Shown piece after piece: positions 9,885 to 19,765 of a stretch of 64,000 nt of DNA. Under the pieces are notes generated by a model that saw nothing but the letters and a program-made list of their open reading frames with translations, searched no databases and was not told where the DNA came from. Numbering within the stretch: position 1 is the stretch's first letter; the number at the start of each line of letters is the position of its first letter. The stretch spans positions 451 to 64,450 of the forward strand of contig JAFAEX010000136.1 in NCBI GenBank assembly GCA_023423795.1, read 5' to 3'. The position numbers were made by a program, and so were the translations under genes. The DNA is from Chloroflexota bacterium (GTDB lineage Bacteria; Chloroflexota; Chloroflexia; Thermomicrobiales; UBA6265).

Positions 9885-10310
9885 TCAGATCGTGTAAATC
9901 GGTTCGTGCGTCTGGTTCGCCGCCCGTTCGAGCAGCACCGCGAAGGTGATCTCGCTCAGGTAGCGCTCACCCTGCTCCTGGAGCCCGTGCCAGACGTCGT
10001 GGACGACGTCCCCGACCTCACCGGGATCGTGGTGGGGATGGGCGCGCCGGTCCGGCCCGTCGAGGACCGACAGCACGTCCCAGACGCTGACCTGCTCCGG
10101 CGTCGGCACGAGTTCGTGCCCGCCCGCCGGCCCACGGGTGCTGCGGACGAGGCCGGCGCGTCCCAGCGCGCCCAGCACCTGGTGCAGGTAGGCCTCCGGG
10201 ATGCCCTGGCGGGCGGCGATGTCGCGGCTCTGGACGGGACCCTGGCCGTAGCGCTGGGCCAGGTCAAACAGCGCCCGAACCCCGTAGTCCGCCCGACTTG
10301 ACACGCGCAT
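9885..10310 (-). CDS. Rrf2 family transcriptional regulator
   Basis: MRVSSRADYGVRALFDLA… IAARQGIPEAYLHQVLGALGRAGLVRSTRGPAGG. Confidence 0.9.
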   Translation of the reverse strand: MRVSSRADYGVRALFDLAQRYGQGPVQSRDIAARQGIPEAYLHQVLGALGRAGLVRSTRGPAGGHELVPTPEQVSVWDVLSVLDGPDRRAHPHHDPGEVGDVVHDVWHGLQEQGERYLSEITFAVLLERAANQTHEPIYTI

Positions 10311-11142
10311 TCAGCACCTCGTTCTGGCTGCCGGCACGGTAGCCCTCGAGGTCGAGGGCGACGTACTGGTATCCGGCAGTCTTGACGGCGGCGACCACCT
10401 CGTCGGCGCGCTCCAGCGCCGCGCCGCGGTCGTTGGGAGCGAATTCGAGGCGGGCGAGGTCGTCGTGGTGGCGCACCCGGAACCCGCGGAACCCAAGCCG
10501 CCGCAGTGCCGACTCCGCCGTCGCCACCTTGCGCAACTTCTCCACCGTGATCGGGTCGCCGTAGGCGAACCGGGAGGAGAGGCAGGCGACGGCCGGCTTG
10601 TCCCACGTCCGCAGGCCGAGCGCGGCCGACAGTTCGCGGATCTCGTCCTTGGTCAGCCCGACCTCGGCGAGGGGAGAGCGGACCTGCAGGTTTCGGGCGG
10701 CGCGGATACCGGGACGGAAATCGCCGAGGTCGTCGGCGTTCGTTCCGTCCACCACCACGGCGAGCCCGCGTTCCTGCGCCACCGCGCCGAGGCGGCCGTA
10801 GAGTTCGGTCTTGCAGAAGAAGCAGCGCTGGTGGGTGTTGTCGGCGTAGCGCGGGTCGGTCAGCTCCATCGTCTGCACGACGATGTGCTCGGACCCGATC
10901 TCGGCGGCCACCTCGCGCGCTTCGTCCATCTCTTCCGGAGCGTACGTCTGGGAGAGGCCGGATGCCGCGACGGCGCGTTCGCCGAGCGCGTCGTGGGCGG
11001 CCTTGAGCAGCAAGGAGCTATCGACGCCCCCGGAGAACGACACCAGCACCGACTCCATCTCGCGAAGGAGAGCCAACAGCGCGTCGTACTTGCGGGCGGC
11101 GTCGAGGGAAACGTTCGGGAGCGTCTCGGAGACGGTCGGCAT
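10264..11142 (-). CDS. larE: PP-loop ATP-utilising enzyme, LarE-type sulfur transferase family
   Basis: PP-loop LVSFSGGVDSSLLL and a C-terminal …RVRHHDDLARLE motif. Its 3' end overlaps the Rrf2 start by 47 nt. Confidence 0.8.
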   Translation of the reverse strand: MPTVSETLPNVSLDAARKYDALLALLREMESVLVSFSGGVDSSLLLKAAHDALGERAVAASGLSQTYAPEEMDEAREVAAEIGSEHIVVQTMELTDPRYADNTHQRCFFCKTELYGRLGAVAQERGLAVVVDGTNADDLGDFRPGIRAARNLQVRSPLAEVGLTKDEIRELSAALGLRTWDKPAVACLSSRFAYGDPITVEKLRKVATAESALRRLGFRGFRVRHHDDLARLEFAPNDRGAALERADEVVAAVKTAGYQYVALDLEGYRAGSQNEVLNARVKSGGLRGSGAV

Positions 11143-11275
11143 TGCGGGTCACCTCACCCGGCGATGCTAGCAGCGGCATCGTGGGGCGGCAAGGCGCGGC
11201 AGCCCGCAGGGCAGGCTGGCTGGTATTCTCGTCCTTACGGACGCGACAACGAGAGACGAGGAGGACGGTGGGAGG

Positions 11276-11692
11276 ATGCCGGTGAAATGCCAACGCTGCG
11301 GGGCTGAGAACCCGGCTACCGCCCGCTTTTGCATGTCATGCGGCAACGGCCTGCCCGTCGGGGACGACGTGCCGGGCGCGCCCGCCGAAACCGCCGCCCC
11401 GGCGGTCAACGTACAACCGGCATCGCCGCCCGAATCGGCAGCGGCGCCACCGCCCGCGCCGGCGCCGCTGCCGGCCCAGTTTTCGCGGCGGCCCACCGAC
11501 CCGAACGAACTGCCGCCGACCCACCCGGAGTGGAAGATGTCGCCGGCGGGGGACTTGCCCGATCCGCCGAAACGCCGGATATGGCTCTGGGTGCTGGGCG
11601 GCATCGGCGCGGTGATCCTGCTGTGCGTGGTGATGACGATCCTCTCGAGCCTCGCGATCGGGCCGGGGCTCGACGCGCCGGCCGGTCCGTAG
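11276..11692 (+). CDS. Zinc-ribbon protein with a C-terminal TM anchor
   Basis: N-terminal CQRCGAENPATARFCMSCG, a Pro/Ala linker, and TM helix IWLWVLGGIGAVILLCVVMTILSSLAI. Confidence 0.65.
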   Translation: MPVKCQRCGAENPATARFCMSCGNGLPVGDDVPGAPAETAAPAVNVQPASPPESAAAPPPAPAPLPAQFSRRPTDPNELPPTHPEWKMSPAGDLPDPPKRRIWLWVLGGIGAVILLCVVMTILSSLAIGPGLDAPAGP

Positions 11693-11797
11693 CCGGTCCG
11701 GCCACCGACGACTGGGCGCGGCGCGGGGATTGCGGTCACGGTCGGGCGCACATAGGATGCGCCGGACGGGCGTCACGTGCGTGAGGAGGAGACCGGA

Positions 11798-13561
11798 ATG
11801 GGAATCCCGCGACGTCGATTCACGGCATCGGCGCTGGCGCTCGGGGCGGCATCCGTGTTGCCGCTGCCGGCGATGCGCACCGCGCTCGCGCAGGACGCCA
11901 CGCCCGAATCGGGCGCGACGCCGATGGCGAGCGGTTCGTTTCCCCCGCTGACGTCGATCAGCCGGCAGGAGTTCGCCGACGCGCTGTTCGCCGCCTTCCC
12001 GATGAGCGAACCCGCCGTCGAGGGCGGGCAGATCATCTGGGGCAACGTCTCCGACATCTCGACCACGAACCCGATGCTGGGCGCGGACGACCCGACCAAC
12101 CCGTTCCTCAGCCTCGTTTTCGAATCGCTGCTCACGTCCAGTCCAATCGACGGGCAGCCGGTGCCGGGCCTCGCCGAATCGTGGGAACGCGCCGAGGACG
12201 GCGTCACCTACACCTTCCGTCTCCACCCGGACGCGACGTTCCACGACGGAACGCCCGTCACCGCCGAGGACGTGATCTTCAGCCTCGAAGCCCAGTTGAA
12301 CCCCGATACCGGTAGCCAGTACACGTCCACGGTGGATGCCGCCGTCGAGTCCTACCGGCTCATCGACGACCACACGATCGAGATCGTCTCCGAAGGGCCG
12401 CGCGCCAACTTCCTCTTCGACCTCATCGTGCCGGTGCTGCCGAAGCACGTCTGGGAGGGCGTGCCGGCGAGCGAGTGGGCGTCCGACCCCGGCAGCACCG
12501 GACAGGACCCCTCGCGCGTGATCGGCTCCGGCCCGTTCAGGTTCGTCGAGTGGGTGCAGGGCGACCACGTCACGCTCGAACGCAACCCGGACTACTGGGA
12601 CACGGTCGCCGGCCGCGTTCCCACCGTCGATCAGTTCATCATGCAGGTCTTCCCGGACGAGACGACGCTGGTGCAGGCGCTGCGCACCGGCCAGATCGAC
12701 TGGATCGACGATGCGCCGCCGGCCGAGGTCGAAGGTCTCCAGGCGACCGAGGGCGTCCGGGTCACGATCTTCCCGACGTTCGACTTCGGGTTCTATTTCA
12801 TGAACATGGACCCGGAGAAGACGCCGCTCTTCCAGGACAAGCCGGTGCGCGAGGCGCTGTTCCGCGCCCTCGACCGGCAAGCCATCATCGACAACATCCT
12901 GCTCGGCCTTGGCGAGGTGGCCGTTGGCACCCAGTCGCTCCTGTCGGCCGCCTACGCGCCGGACCGCATCCAGAACGCCTACGAGTTCGACCTCGACGCG
13001 GCGCGCGCCCTGCTCGACGAGGCGGGTTGGAGCGACGTGGACGGCGACGGCATCCGCGAAAAGGATGGCACGCCGCTCCGGTTCGAGATGACCTACACGG
13101 AGGGCGTCAACACCTACGAGCAACTCGTGCCCTACATGCAGCAGCAGTGGCGGGAGATCGGTGTGGACATGCAGCCGAACCCGGTCCCGTTCCCGACGCT
13201 GCTGGATCTGGTGATCACCACCCACGACTTCGACATGGCCCTCCTCGGCTTCAACTGGGTGGCTGACCCGGACCAGAAAGCCATGTTCGCCTGCGATCAG
13301 TACGAGAGCGGGTTCAACGCCGGCCGCTACTGCAACCCGGCCTTCGACGAACTCTCTTACGCGGCCGACAAGGAACTCGATCCCGAGCGGCGGGTCGAAA
13401 TGCTGATCGAAGCGTCGCAGATCGTCTGGGACGACCTCCCGATCGGCATCCTCAACTTCGGCATGGACGCCGCCGTCAACACGACGCGCATGCAGAACTT
13501 CCACCCGAACGACTACACCTACCAGGTCTGGTCGATGCCGTGGGTCTGGCTGGAGCAGTAG
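11798..13561 (+). CDS. ABC transporter substrate-binding protein, family 5 (peptide/nickel, DppA/OppA-like), Tat signal
   Basis: ATG preceded by GAGGAGGAG. Twin-arginine signal MGIPRRRFTASALALGAA. Typical family-5 length and motifs (FHDGTPVTAEDV). Confidence 0.88.
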   Translation: MGIPRRRFTASALALGAASVLPLPAMRTALAQDATPESGATPMASGSFPPLTSISRQEFADALFAAFPMSEPAVEGGQIIWGNVSDISTTNPMLGADDPTNPFLSLVFESLLTSSPIDGQPVPGLAESWERAEDGVTYTFRLHPDATFHDGTPVTAEDVIFSLEAQLNPDTGSQYTSTVDAAVESYRLIDDHTIEIVSEGPRANFLFDLIVPVLPKHVWEGVPASEWASDPGSTGQDPSRVIGSGPFRFVEWVQGDHVTLERNPDYWDTVAGRVPTVDQFIMQVFPDETTLVQALRTGQIDWIDDAPPAEVEGLQATEGVRVTIFPTFDFGFYFMNMDPEKTPLFQDKPVREALFRALDRQAIIDNILLGLGEVAVGTQSLLSAAYAPDRIQNAYEFDLDAARALLDEAGWSDVDGDGIREKDGTPLRFEMTYTEGVNTYEQLVPYMQQQWREIGVDMQPNPVPFPTLLDLVITTHDFDMALLGFNWVADPDQKAMFACDQYESGFNAGRYCNPAFDELSYAADKELDPERRVEMLIEASQIVWDDLPIGILNFGMDAAVNTTRMQNFHPNDYTYQVWSMPWVWLEQ

Positions 13562-13641
13562 CGCCGGCCATTCGGGGCGGCGGGGATTGGCTCCCCGCCG
13601 CCCGCACCCCGGCGCGACGCTGCGCCGGGCGAGGATGACCC

Positions 13642-14610
13642 ATGGCCAGTTTCATCGCCCGGCGGCTCCTCCAGATGATCCCCTTGCTGCTGGGCATCAC
13701 CTTCCTCACGTTCGCGATCGTGAACCTTGTGCCGGGTAGCCCGGTGGACGAGTTCGCCTTCAATCCGCGCGGCAAGCCCGCCGACATCGAGCGGATCAAG
13801 GAAAACCTCGGGCTGGACCGGCCGTGGCCGGAGCGCTACGTCAACTGGCTCGGCGACGCGGTGCGCGGGGATCTCGGTTTGTCGCTGATCAACTTCACGC
13901 CGGTGACCGACCGCATCCTGAACGTGTTGCCGAACACGCTGCTCCTCACGACGTCGTCGCTTGTGCTGGCGCTGGCGGTCGCGATCCCGATCGGGATGCT
14001 TGCGGCGTTGCGGCGCAACACGTTCTTCGACCACGCGGTCAACATCCTGTCCACCGTCGTCTTTGCGATCCCGACCTTCTGGCTGGGTCTGATGCTCATC
14101 CTCATCTTCGCCGTGCAGTTCAGCGAATGGGGCCTGCCGGCGCTGCCGGTTGGCGGCACGCAGTCCATTCGCGGCCCGTCGGGCTTCCTCGACCGCCTGG
14201 AGCACCTGATCCTGCCGATGGTGTCGCTGGCCGCCGTGCAACTTGCATCGTGGACCCGCTACATCCGCTCGTCCGTGCTGGAGGTCAACCGGCTCGATTA
14301 CGTGCGAACCGCCGAATCCAAGGGGCTGTCGCAGCGCATGATCAACTACCGGCACGTCTTCCGCAACGCCCTGCTGCCGCTGGTGACGCTGGTGTCGCTT
14401 ACCCTGCCGGAACTCTTCGGCGGCGCGCTGCTGATCGAGACGATCTTCGCCTGGAACGGCATCGGCCGCCTCGCCTACGACGCCGCCCTGCAGAGCGACT
14501 ACACGCTCATCATGGGCACCGTCCTCATGTTCTCGGTCCTCACCCTGCTGGCGAACCTCGCCGCCGACGTGGCCTACGTGCTGCTCGACCCGCGCATCCG
14601 CTATGGGTGA
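13642..14610 (+). CDS. ABC transporter permease (DppB-like)
   Basis: N-terminus IARRLLQMIPLLLGITFLTFAIVNLVPG and EAA-type loop YVRTAESKGLSQRMINYRHVFRNA. Confidence 0.9.
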   Translation: MASFIARRLLQMIPLLLGITFLTFAIVNLVPGSPVDEFAFNPRGKPADIERIKENLGLDRPWPERYVNWLGDAVRGDLGLSLINFTPVTDRILNVLPNTLLLTTSSLVLALAVAIPIGMLAALRRNTFFDHAVNILSTVVFAIPTFWLGLMLILIFAVQFSEWGLPALPVGGTQSIRGPSGFLDRLEHLILPMVSLAAVQLASWTRYIRSSVLEVNRLDYVRTAESKGLSQRMINYRHVFRNALLPLVTLVSLTLPELFGGALLIETIFAWNGIGRLAYDAALQSDYTLIMGTVLMFSVLTLLANLAADVAYVLLDPRIRYG

Positions 14611-15565
14611 GCGCGTCGCGGCGGCTGCCCCGCCGGCCGTTCGTTCCCGCTCGCTCGGCGAGGGTGGCGACCCTGCACCGTACCCGCCGTCGCTGGCCGC
14701 CGCGAAGCCGGTGCTGGGCTACTACGCCCGCGCCTGGCGGCGGTTCCGGCGGGACCGGGTGGCCATGATCGGCCTGCTGATGACCGGGCTGATCGTCCTG
14801 TTCGTCCTTTCCGCCGACTTCATCTCGCGCGTGACCGGCTTCTCCTACTGGCAGGGCCAGTTAGGCGAGCAATTCCTGCCGCCGTTCACCGAGGGCCACT
14901 TGCTGGGAACCGACACCAACGGCCGCGACGTGCTGGTGCGCCTGGCCTACGGCGGTCGGGTTTCCCTGCTGGTGGGTGTCGTGTCCGCCATCGCGACGCT
15001 GGTCATCGGCGGCGGCATCGGCGCATTGGCGGGTTACTTCGGCGGCTGGATCGACGCCGTGCTGATGCGGCTGGTGGACGTCCTGCTGTCTCTGCCCGGG
15101 CTGCCGCTGCTGCTGCTGATCGCGGTGCTTTACAAGCCCGGCGTGGTGGGGCTGGCGCTGATCCTGGCGTTGATCGGCTGGCCACCGGTGGCGCGGCTGG
15201 TGCGCGGCGAGGTGCTGGGCCGCCGCCATGCCGACTATGTAGAGGCCGCCAGGCTGATCGGCGCGGACAGCGGACGTATCATCTCCCGGCACATCCTGCC
15301 GAACGTCGCGCCGCTGATGATCGTCTGGCTCTCGCTGGCGATCCCGTCGCTGATCCTGACCGAAGCGACCCTGAGTTTCCTCGGGTTCGGTGTGCGGGTT
15401 CCCATGCCGTCGTGGGGCAACATGCTGGACGGGGCGACCAAGTATTTCGCCCGCTCGTGGACGAACGTCTTCATTCCCGGTTTCGCCATCTGGCTAACCG
15501 TGCTGGCGATCAACCTCATCGGCAACGGCCTGCGCGATGCGTTCGATCCGCGCTTGAACGATTGA
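14603..15565 (+). CDS. ABC transporter permease (DppC-like)
   Basis: HLLGTDTNGRDVLVRLAYGGR and YVEAARLIGADSGRIISRHILPN. 8-nt overlap with the upstream permease gene. No ATPase genes follow. Confidence 0.9.
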   Translation: MGERVAAAAPPAVRSRSLGEGGDPAPYPPSLAAAKPVLGYYARAWRRFRRDRVAMIGLLMTGLIVLFVLSADFISRVTGFSYWQGQLGEQFLPPFTEGHLLGTDTNGRDVLVRLAYGGRVSLLVGVVSAIATLVIGGGIGALAGYFGGWIDAVLMRLVDVLLSLPGLPLLLLIAVLYKPGVVGLALILALIGWPPVARLVRGEVLGRRHADYVEAARLIGADSGRIISRHILPNVAPLMIVWLSLAIPSLILTEATLSFLGFGVRVPMPSWGNMLDGATKYFARSWTNVFIPGFAIWLTVLAINLIGNGLRDAFDPRLND

Positions 15566-15626
15566 TCGAAGTCGTTCGGGATCGCGCCGACGTGACAGGG
15601 AGGGACCGCTGCCTGCCGCCCTTGGG

Positions 15627-15676
15627 GAAAACGAAACGGCGGGCGGGAACGACGTCCCGCCCGCCGTTTCGTTTTC
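15627..15676. terminator. Bidirectional intrinsic terminator between dppC-like and pnp (convergent)
   Basis: 22-bp perfect stem GAAAACGAAACGGCGGGCGGGA / TCCCGCCCGCCGTTTCGTTTTC. A/T runs on both flanks. Confidence 0.8.
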
Positions 15677-15687
15677 AGACCTGACCG

Positions 15688-18138
15688 CTACTCGTCGCCG
15701 TCCCCAAACGACGGCCGGCGCCGGCTGTCGCCGGGGCGGTTCTGCATCCCGCCGCCGTCCTGCGGCGCCGGGCGAGGGCCACGGTCGCCTTCGCGGCGGG
15801 GACCACGGTCGTCGTCGCGGCGCGGGCCACGATCCCCGTCGGGGCGGGGACCGCGGTTACCCTCGGGGCGCGGGCCGCGATCGCCGTCAGGGCGCGGACC
15901 ACGATCGCCGCCGGGGCCGCCCGGACGCGGACCGCGATCACCTCCAGGGCCGCCGGGGCCGCCGGGGCGCGGGCCGCGGCCGGCGTTGGGCTCCGGCAAC
16001 TGGCCGGTGAGGGCCGCCCGCCGGGACAGGCTGACCTTTCCGTTCGGCGCAACGTCGATCACCATCACGGTGACCTCGTCGCCGACGTTGACCACGTCCT
16101 CGACCCGGTTGACCCGGATCGCCGGGTCTTCCGAGAGTTCGGAGATGTGGACGAGGCCGTCCTTGCCGGGCATCAGTTCGACGAACGCGCCGAACGGCAT
16201 CACGCTGACGACGCGGCCGGTGTAGATCTCGCCGCGCTCGATCTTGTACTCCTGCGTCATCCCGAGGATGCGCGCCACCGCCGCTTCGGCCCCGGCCGAT
16301 TCAACGGAGGCGATCGAGACGGTGCCGTCGTCGTCGATGTCGATCTTGGTGCCGGTCTCTTCCTGGAGGGCGCGGATGTTCTTGCCGCCCGGCCCGATGA
16401 TCAGCCCGATCTTCTCCGGGTTGACCTTGACCCGAAGCACGCGCGGTGCGAAGCGCGACAGTTCGGCGCGCGGCTCCGCCAGCGCTTGCAGCATCCGATC
16501 GAGGATGTAGAGCCGGCCGACGCGGGCCTGCTCCAGCGCCTGGCGCATGATCTCTTTGGTGATCCCCTTGACCTTGATGTCCATCTGGATGGCGGTGACG
16601 CCCTCGCGGGTGCCCGCCACCTTGAAGTCCATGTCGCCGAGCGCGTCCTCCATCCCCTGGATGTCGGTGAGGACGGTGTAGCGGCCCGATTCCGGGTCGG
16701 TTACCAGTCCCATCGCGACGCCGGCGACCGGTGCTTCGATGGGTACCCCGGCATCCATCAGCGCCAGCGTCGAGCCGCAGACCGAGGCCATGCTGGTGGA
16801 GCCGTTGGAGGAGACGACCTCCGAGACGAGGCGCAGGGTGTAGGGGAAGGCGTCCTCGTCCGGGACCACCGCCAGCAGGGCGCGCTCGGCGAGTGCACCG
16901 TGGCCGATGTCGCGCCGGCCCGGGCCGCGCATCCGCCGCACTTCGCCGACCGAGAAGGGCGGGAAGTTGTAGTGGTGGATGTAGCGCTTGCTGTCTTCCG
17001 GCGAGATGGAATCGAGCCGCTGCTCCTCGGCGGTCGAGCCGAGGGTGACGACGTTCAACACCTGGGTTTGGCCGCGGGTGAAGATGGCCGAACCGTGGGC
17101 GCGGGGCAGGACGCCGACCTCGCACCAGATCGGGCGGATCTCGTCCGGGCGGCGGCCGTCGGGACGGGTGCCGTCGCGCAGGATGCCGCCGCGGACTTCC
17201 TCCTTGAGCAGCGCCTCGAACGCCCCGGCGATCTCCTTCGAGGAGAAGACCGGCGTGGACTCGGCGTCGCCGGGGGAGGCGAGTTGCTCCAGCAGGTCAT
17301 GCTTGAGCGCGTCGGTGCCTTCCAGCCGGATCACCTTGTCCGGATTGTTCACGGCATCGCGCAGGCGGTCACCGAGGGCAGCCCGAACCTCGGACATGAG
17401 GGCCTCGTTCGCCTTCGGCGGCTCGAACGGCCACTTCTCCTTGCCGACGAGATCCTGCAACTTCCGCTGCGCGGCGACGACCTCGCGGATCGCCTCGTGG
17501 CCGCGCTCGATGGCTTCCAGCAGGACGGCTTCGGTGACCTGGTTCGACTCGCCCTCGACCATCATGATCGCGTCGTCGGTGCCAGCGATCACCATGTCGA
17601 GTTCGGAGGAGACGAGGTCGGAGTTGGTCGGGTTGACGACGATCCGACCATCGACGTAGCCGATGCGGACGGCGCCGATCGGGCCTTCCCACGGGATCGG
17701 GGACAGGGTCAGCGCGGCCGACGCCCCGATGATGGACAGGATGTCCGGGTTGTTCTCCTGGTCGGCCGAGAGGACCGTGGAGATGATCTGGACCTCGGCC
17801 TTGTAGCCCTTCGGGAACAACGGCCGGATCGGGCGGTCGGTCAGGCGGGCGGCGAGGATCGCGGCCTCGGTCGGGCGACCTTCGCGCTTGATGAAGCCGC
17901 CCGGGATCTTGCCGGCGGCGTACATCCGCTCTTCGTAATCGACCGTGAGCGGAAAGAACGGAACGTCCTCCCGCGCTTCGCGCTCGCCGACCACGGTGGA
18001 GAGCACGATCGAGTCGCCGTAGCTGACGGTGACGGCGCCCATCGCGAGGCCGGCGATGCGGCCGGTTTCGAGGGACAGCGTTCGGCCGGCGAGTTCGATC
18101 TCGACGGTCTGGATATTTTCGCGGTAGTTGGTGTCCAA
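15688..18138 (-). CDS. pnp: Polynucleotide phosphorylase with a C-terminal Arg/Gly/Pro/Asp repeat tail
   Basis: Two RNase PH domains, KH (IGLIIGPGGKNIRALQEETG) and S1 (GRVVSVMPFGAFVEL). Probable TTG start at 18138, 8 nt after GGAGG (LDTNYRENIQTVEIELAGRTLSLETG); the upstream part of the ORF is not PNPase-like. Confidence 0.92.
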   Translation of the reverse strand: MDTNYRENIQTVEIELAGRTLSLETGRIAGLAMGAVTVSYGDSIVLSTVVGEREAREDVPFFPLTVDYEERMYAAGKIPGGFIKREGRPTEAAILAARLTDRPIRPLFPKGYKAEVQIISTVLSADQENNPDILSIIGASAALTLSPIPWEGPIGAVRIGYVDGRIVVNPTNSDLVSSELDMVIAGTDDAIMMVEGESNQVTEAVLLEAIERGHEAIREVVAAQRKLQDLVGKEKWPFEPPKANEALMSEVRAALGDRLRDAVNNPDKVIRLEGTDALKHDLLEQLASPGDAESTPVFSSKEIAGAFEALLKEEVRGGILRDGTRPDGRRPDEIRPIWCEVGVLPRAHGSAIFTRGQTQVLNVVTLGSTAEEQRLDSISPEDSKRYIHHYNFPPFSVGEVRRMRGPGRRDIGHGALAERALLAVVPDEDAFPYTLRLVSEVVSSNGSTSMASVCGSTLALMDAGVPIEAPVAGVAMGLVTDPESGRYTVLTDIQGMEDALGDMDFKVAGTREGVTAIQMDIKVKGITKEIMRQALEQARVGRLYILDRMLQALAEPRAELSRFAPRVLRVKVNPEKIGLIIGPGGKNIRALQEETGTKIDIDDDGTVSIASVESAGAEAAVARILGMTQEYKIERGEIYTGRVVSVMPFGAFVELMPGKDGLVHISELSEDPAIRVNRVEDVVNVGDEVTVMVIDVAPNGKVSLSRRAALTGQLPEPNAGRGPRPGGPGGPGGDRGPRPGGPGGDRGPRPDGDRGPRPEGNRGPRPDGDRGPRRDDDRGPRREGDRGPRPAPQDGGGMQNRPGDSRRRPSFGDGDE

Positions 18139-18364
18139 GAGGTCATCCTCCGGTCGCGCGGCGAGAGGCCGCGGCTGCCGCCGGGTCGTTCCGGCGGGGC
18201 GGAGGCGGGGTCCCCCGGCAACATCTCCGTGATGAGGGACTGGAGCGCGGCGGCGCGGTCGCCCCGCCGCGCTCCAATACCCCACCCGGTCGGCCGGGCC
18301 CGCCCGAGGAATCGTTGTGTCAGGCGCTCCTTTCCGCGAGGCCGGCGGTCCGGCGACACAACGA

Positions 18365-18395
18365 CGCGGCCCGGGGACGCAATCCCCGGGCCGCG
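18365..18395 (-). terminator. Hairpin (attenuator/terminator) downstream of rpsO in the pnp leader
   Basis: 12-bp GC stem (CGCGGCCCGGGG / CCCCGGGCCGCG) followed on the minus strand by UCGUUGUGU. Confidence 0.45.
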
Positions 18396-18477
18396 CGCGT
18401 TGGAGACGACGGAATTCCGGCGAAGGCCGGGCGGGAGGAAACGCGTTGGTCGCCGTCCTGCGCCAGCAATGCCGCGA

Positions 18478-18747
18478 CTACCGGCGAAGCCCGAGCCGCT
18501 GGATGACCGCGCGGTAGCGCTCGACGTCCTTCTTGCTCAGGTAGGCGAGAAGGCGCCGGCGCTGGCCGACCATCTGCAGCAGCCCGCGCCGCGAGTGGTG
18601 GTCGTGCTTGTTGTGCCGGAGGTGGTCGGTCAACTGCAGGATGCGCTCGGTCAGGAGCGCGATCTGCACCTCGGGCGAACCGGTGTCCGTGTCGTGGGTG
18701 CGGAAACCGTTGATGATCTCCGTCTTCTGGGCTGCCTGCAACGCCAT
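18478..18747 (-). CDS. rpsO: 30S ribosomal protein S15
   Basis: [57 protein letters not shown]…, 89 aa. Confidence 0.96.
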   Translation of the reverse strand: MALQAAQKTEIINGFRTHDTDTGSPEVQIALLTERILQLTDHLRHNKHDHHSRRGLLQMVGQRRRLLAYLSKKDVERYRAVIQRLGLRR

Positions 18748-18824
18748 GTTGGCGGTGTCCCCCTGTGCATCAGTCGATGGCGAACGAAAACCCTGCTTAG
18801 GTCCACAGCCAAATGGACCGACCG

Positions 18825-18833
18825 AGTATAGCA
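18825..18833 (-). promoter_or_regulatory. Extended -10 (TGCTATACT) for rpsO
   Basis: The minus strand reads TGCTATACT about 75 nt upstream of the rpsO ATG. The leader contains the hairpin GGTCCA…TGGACC. Confidence 0.5.
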
Positions 18834-18891
18834 TCGGGCCACCCGCCCGGCAATCCGCGGGTACACTCGCCGCGATTGGAGAGGAGGCACG

Positions 18892-19755
18892 ATGCTCGGG
18901 GTGATCGGCGGCAGCGGCGTCTACGCGCTGGCGGAGTTGGCGGCGGGCGAATCGGTCGAGATCGAGACGCCGTTCGGCGCGCCCAGCGGGCCGCTGCGGA
19001 TCGGGCGCATTGGCGAAACCGATGTCGCCTTCGTGCCCCGGCACGGACCGGGCCACCGTTTTTCGCCGAGCGACCTGCCGTATCGCGCCAACATCTACGC
19101 GCTCAAGGCGATCGGCGTCACCCACCTGCTCAGCATCAGCGCCGTGGGCAGCCTGCAGGAATCGCTGCCGCCGCGCACCCGCGTCGTGCCGGACCAGATC
19201 ATCGACCGCACGCTGGCGCGCCCGCGCTCGTTCTTCGAGGACGGCGTCGTCGCCCACGTCGGCATGGCCGATCCGTATTGCCCGCTGCTGCGGCCGGCGG
19301 TCTCCCGGGCCGGGGCGGCGAACGAAACGCCGGTGCACGTCGGCGGCACGTATGTCTGCATCGAGGGGCCGCAGTTCTCGACGCGCGCCGAATCGAACCT
19401 TTTCCGGTCGTGGGGCGCGAGCGTGATCGGGATGACCGCCATGCCCGAGGCGCGCCTCGCCCGCGAAGCCGAACTCTGCTACGCCACGCTCGCCCTCGTC
19501 ACCGACTACGACGTGTGGCACGAGGACGAGGATGACGTCTCGGTCGAACTGGTTCTGGGCCACCTGCGGGCCAATTCCGAGGCCGCCGCGGGCATCGTGC
19601 GCGCCCTCGCCGAAGGCGGCCTGCCCGAGCGCCGCTGCGGCTGCGCCGCCGCGCTCGACGGCGCGGTGATGACCGACCCGGCGCTGATCGACGACGCGCG
19701 GCGGGAACGCCTCGGCGTGATCGGCCGGCGCGTGCTGCCGCCGACCGGCGGCTGA
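18892..19755 (+). CDS. mtnP: S-methyl-5'-thioadenosine phosphorylase
   Basis: [11 protein letters not shown]…[42 protein letters not shown]… [15 protein letters not shown]. Preceded by TACACT and the SD GGAGAGGAGG. Confidence 0.92.
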   Translation: MLGVIGGSGVYALAELAAGESVEIETPFGAPSGPLRIGRIGETDVAFVPRHGPGHRFSPSDLPYRANIYALKAIGVTHLLSISAVGSLQESLPPRTRVVPDQIIDRTLARPRSFFEDGVVAHVGMADPYCPLLRPAVSRAGAANETPVHVGGTYVCIEGPQFSTRAESNLFRSWGASVIGMTAMPEARLAREAELCYATLALVTDYDVWHEDEDDVSVELVLGHLRANSEAAAGIVRALAEGGLPERRCGCAAALDGAVMTDPALIDDARRERLGVIGRRVLPPTGG

Positions 19756-19765
19756 GCCGGATCGC

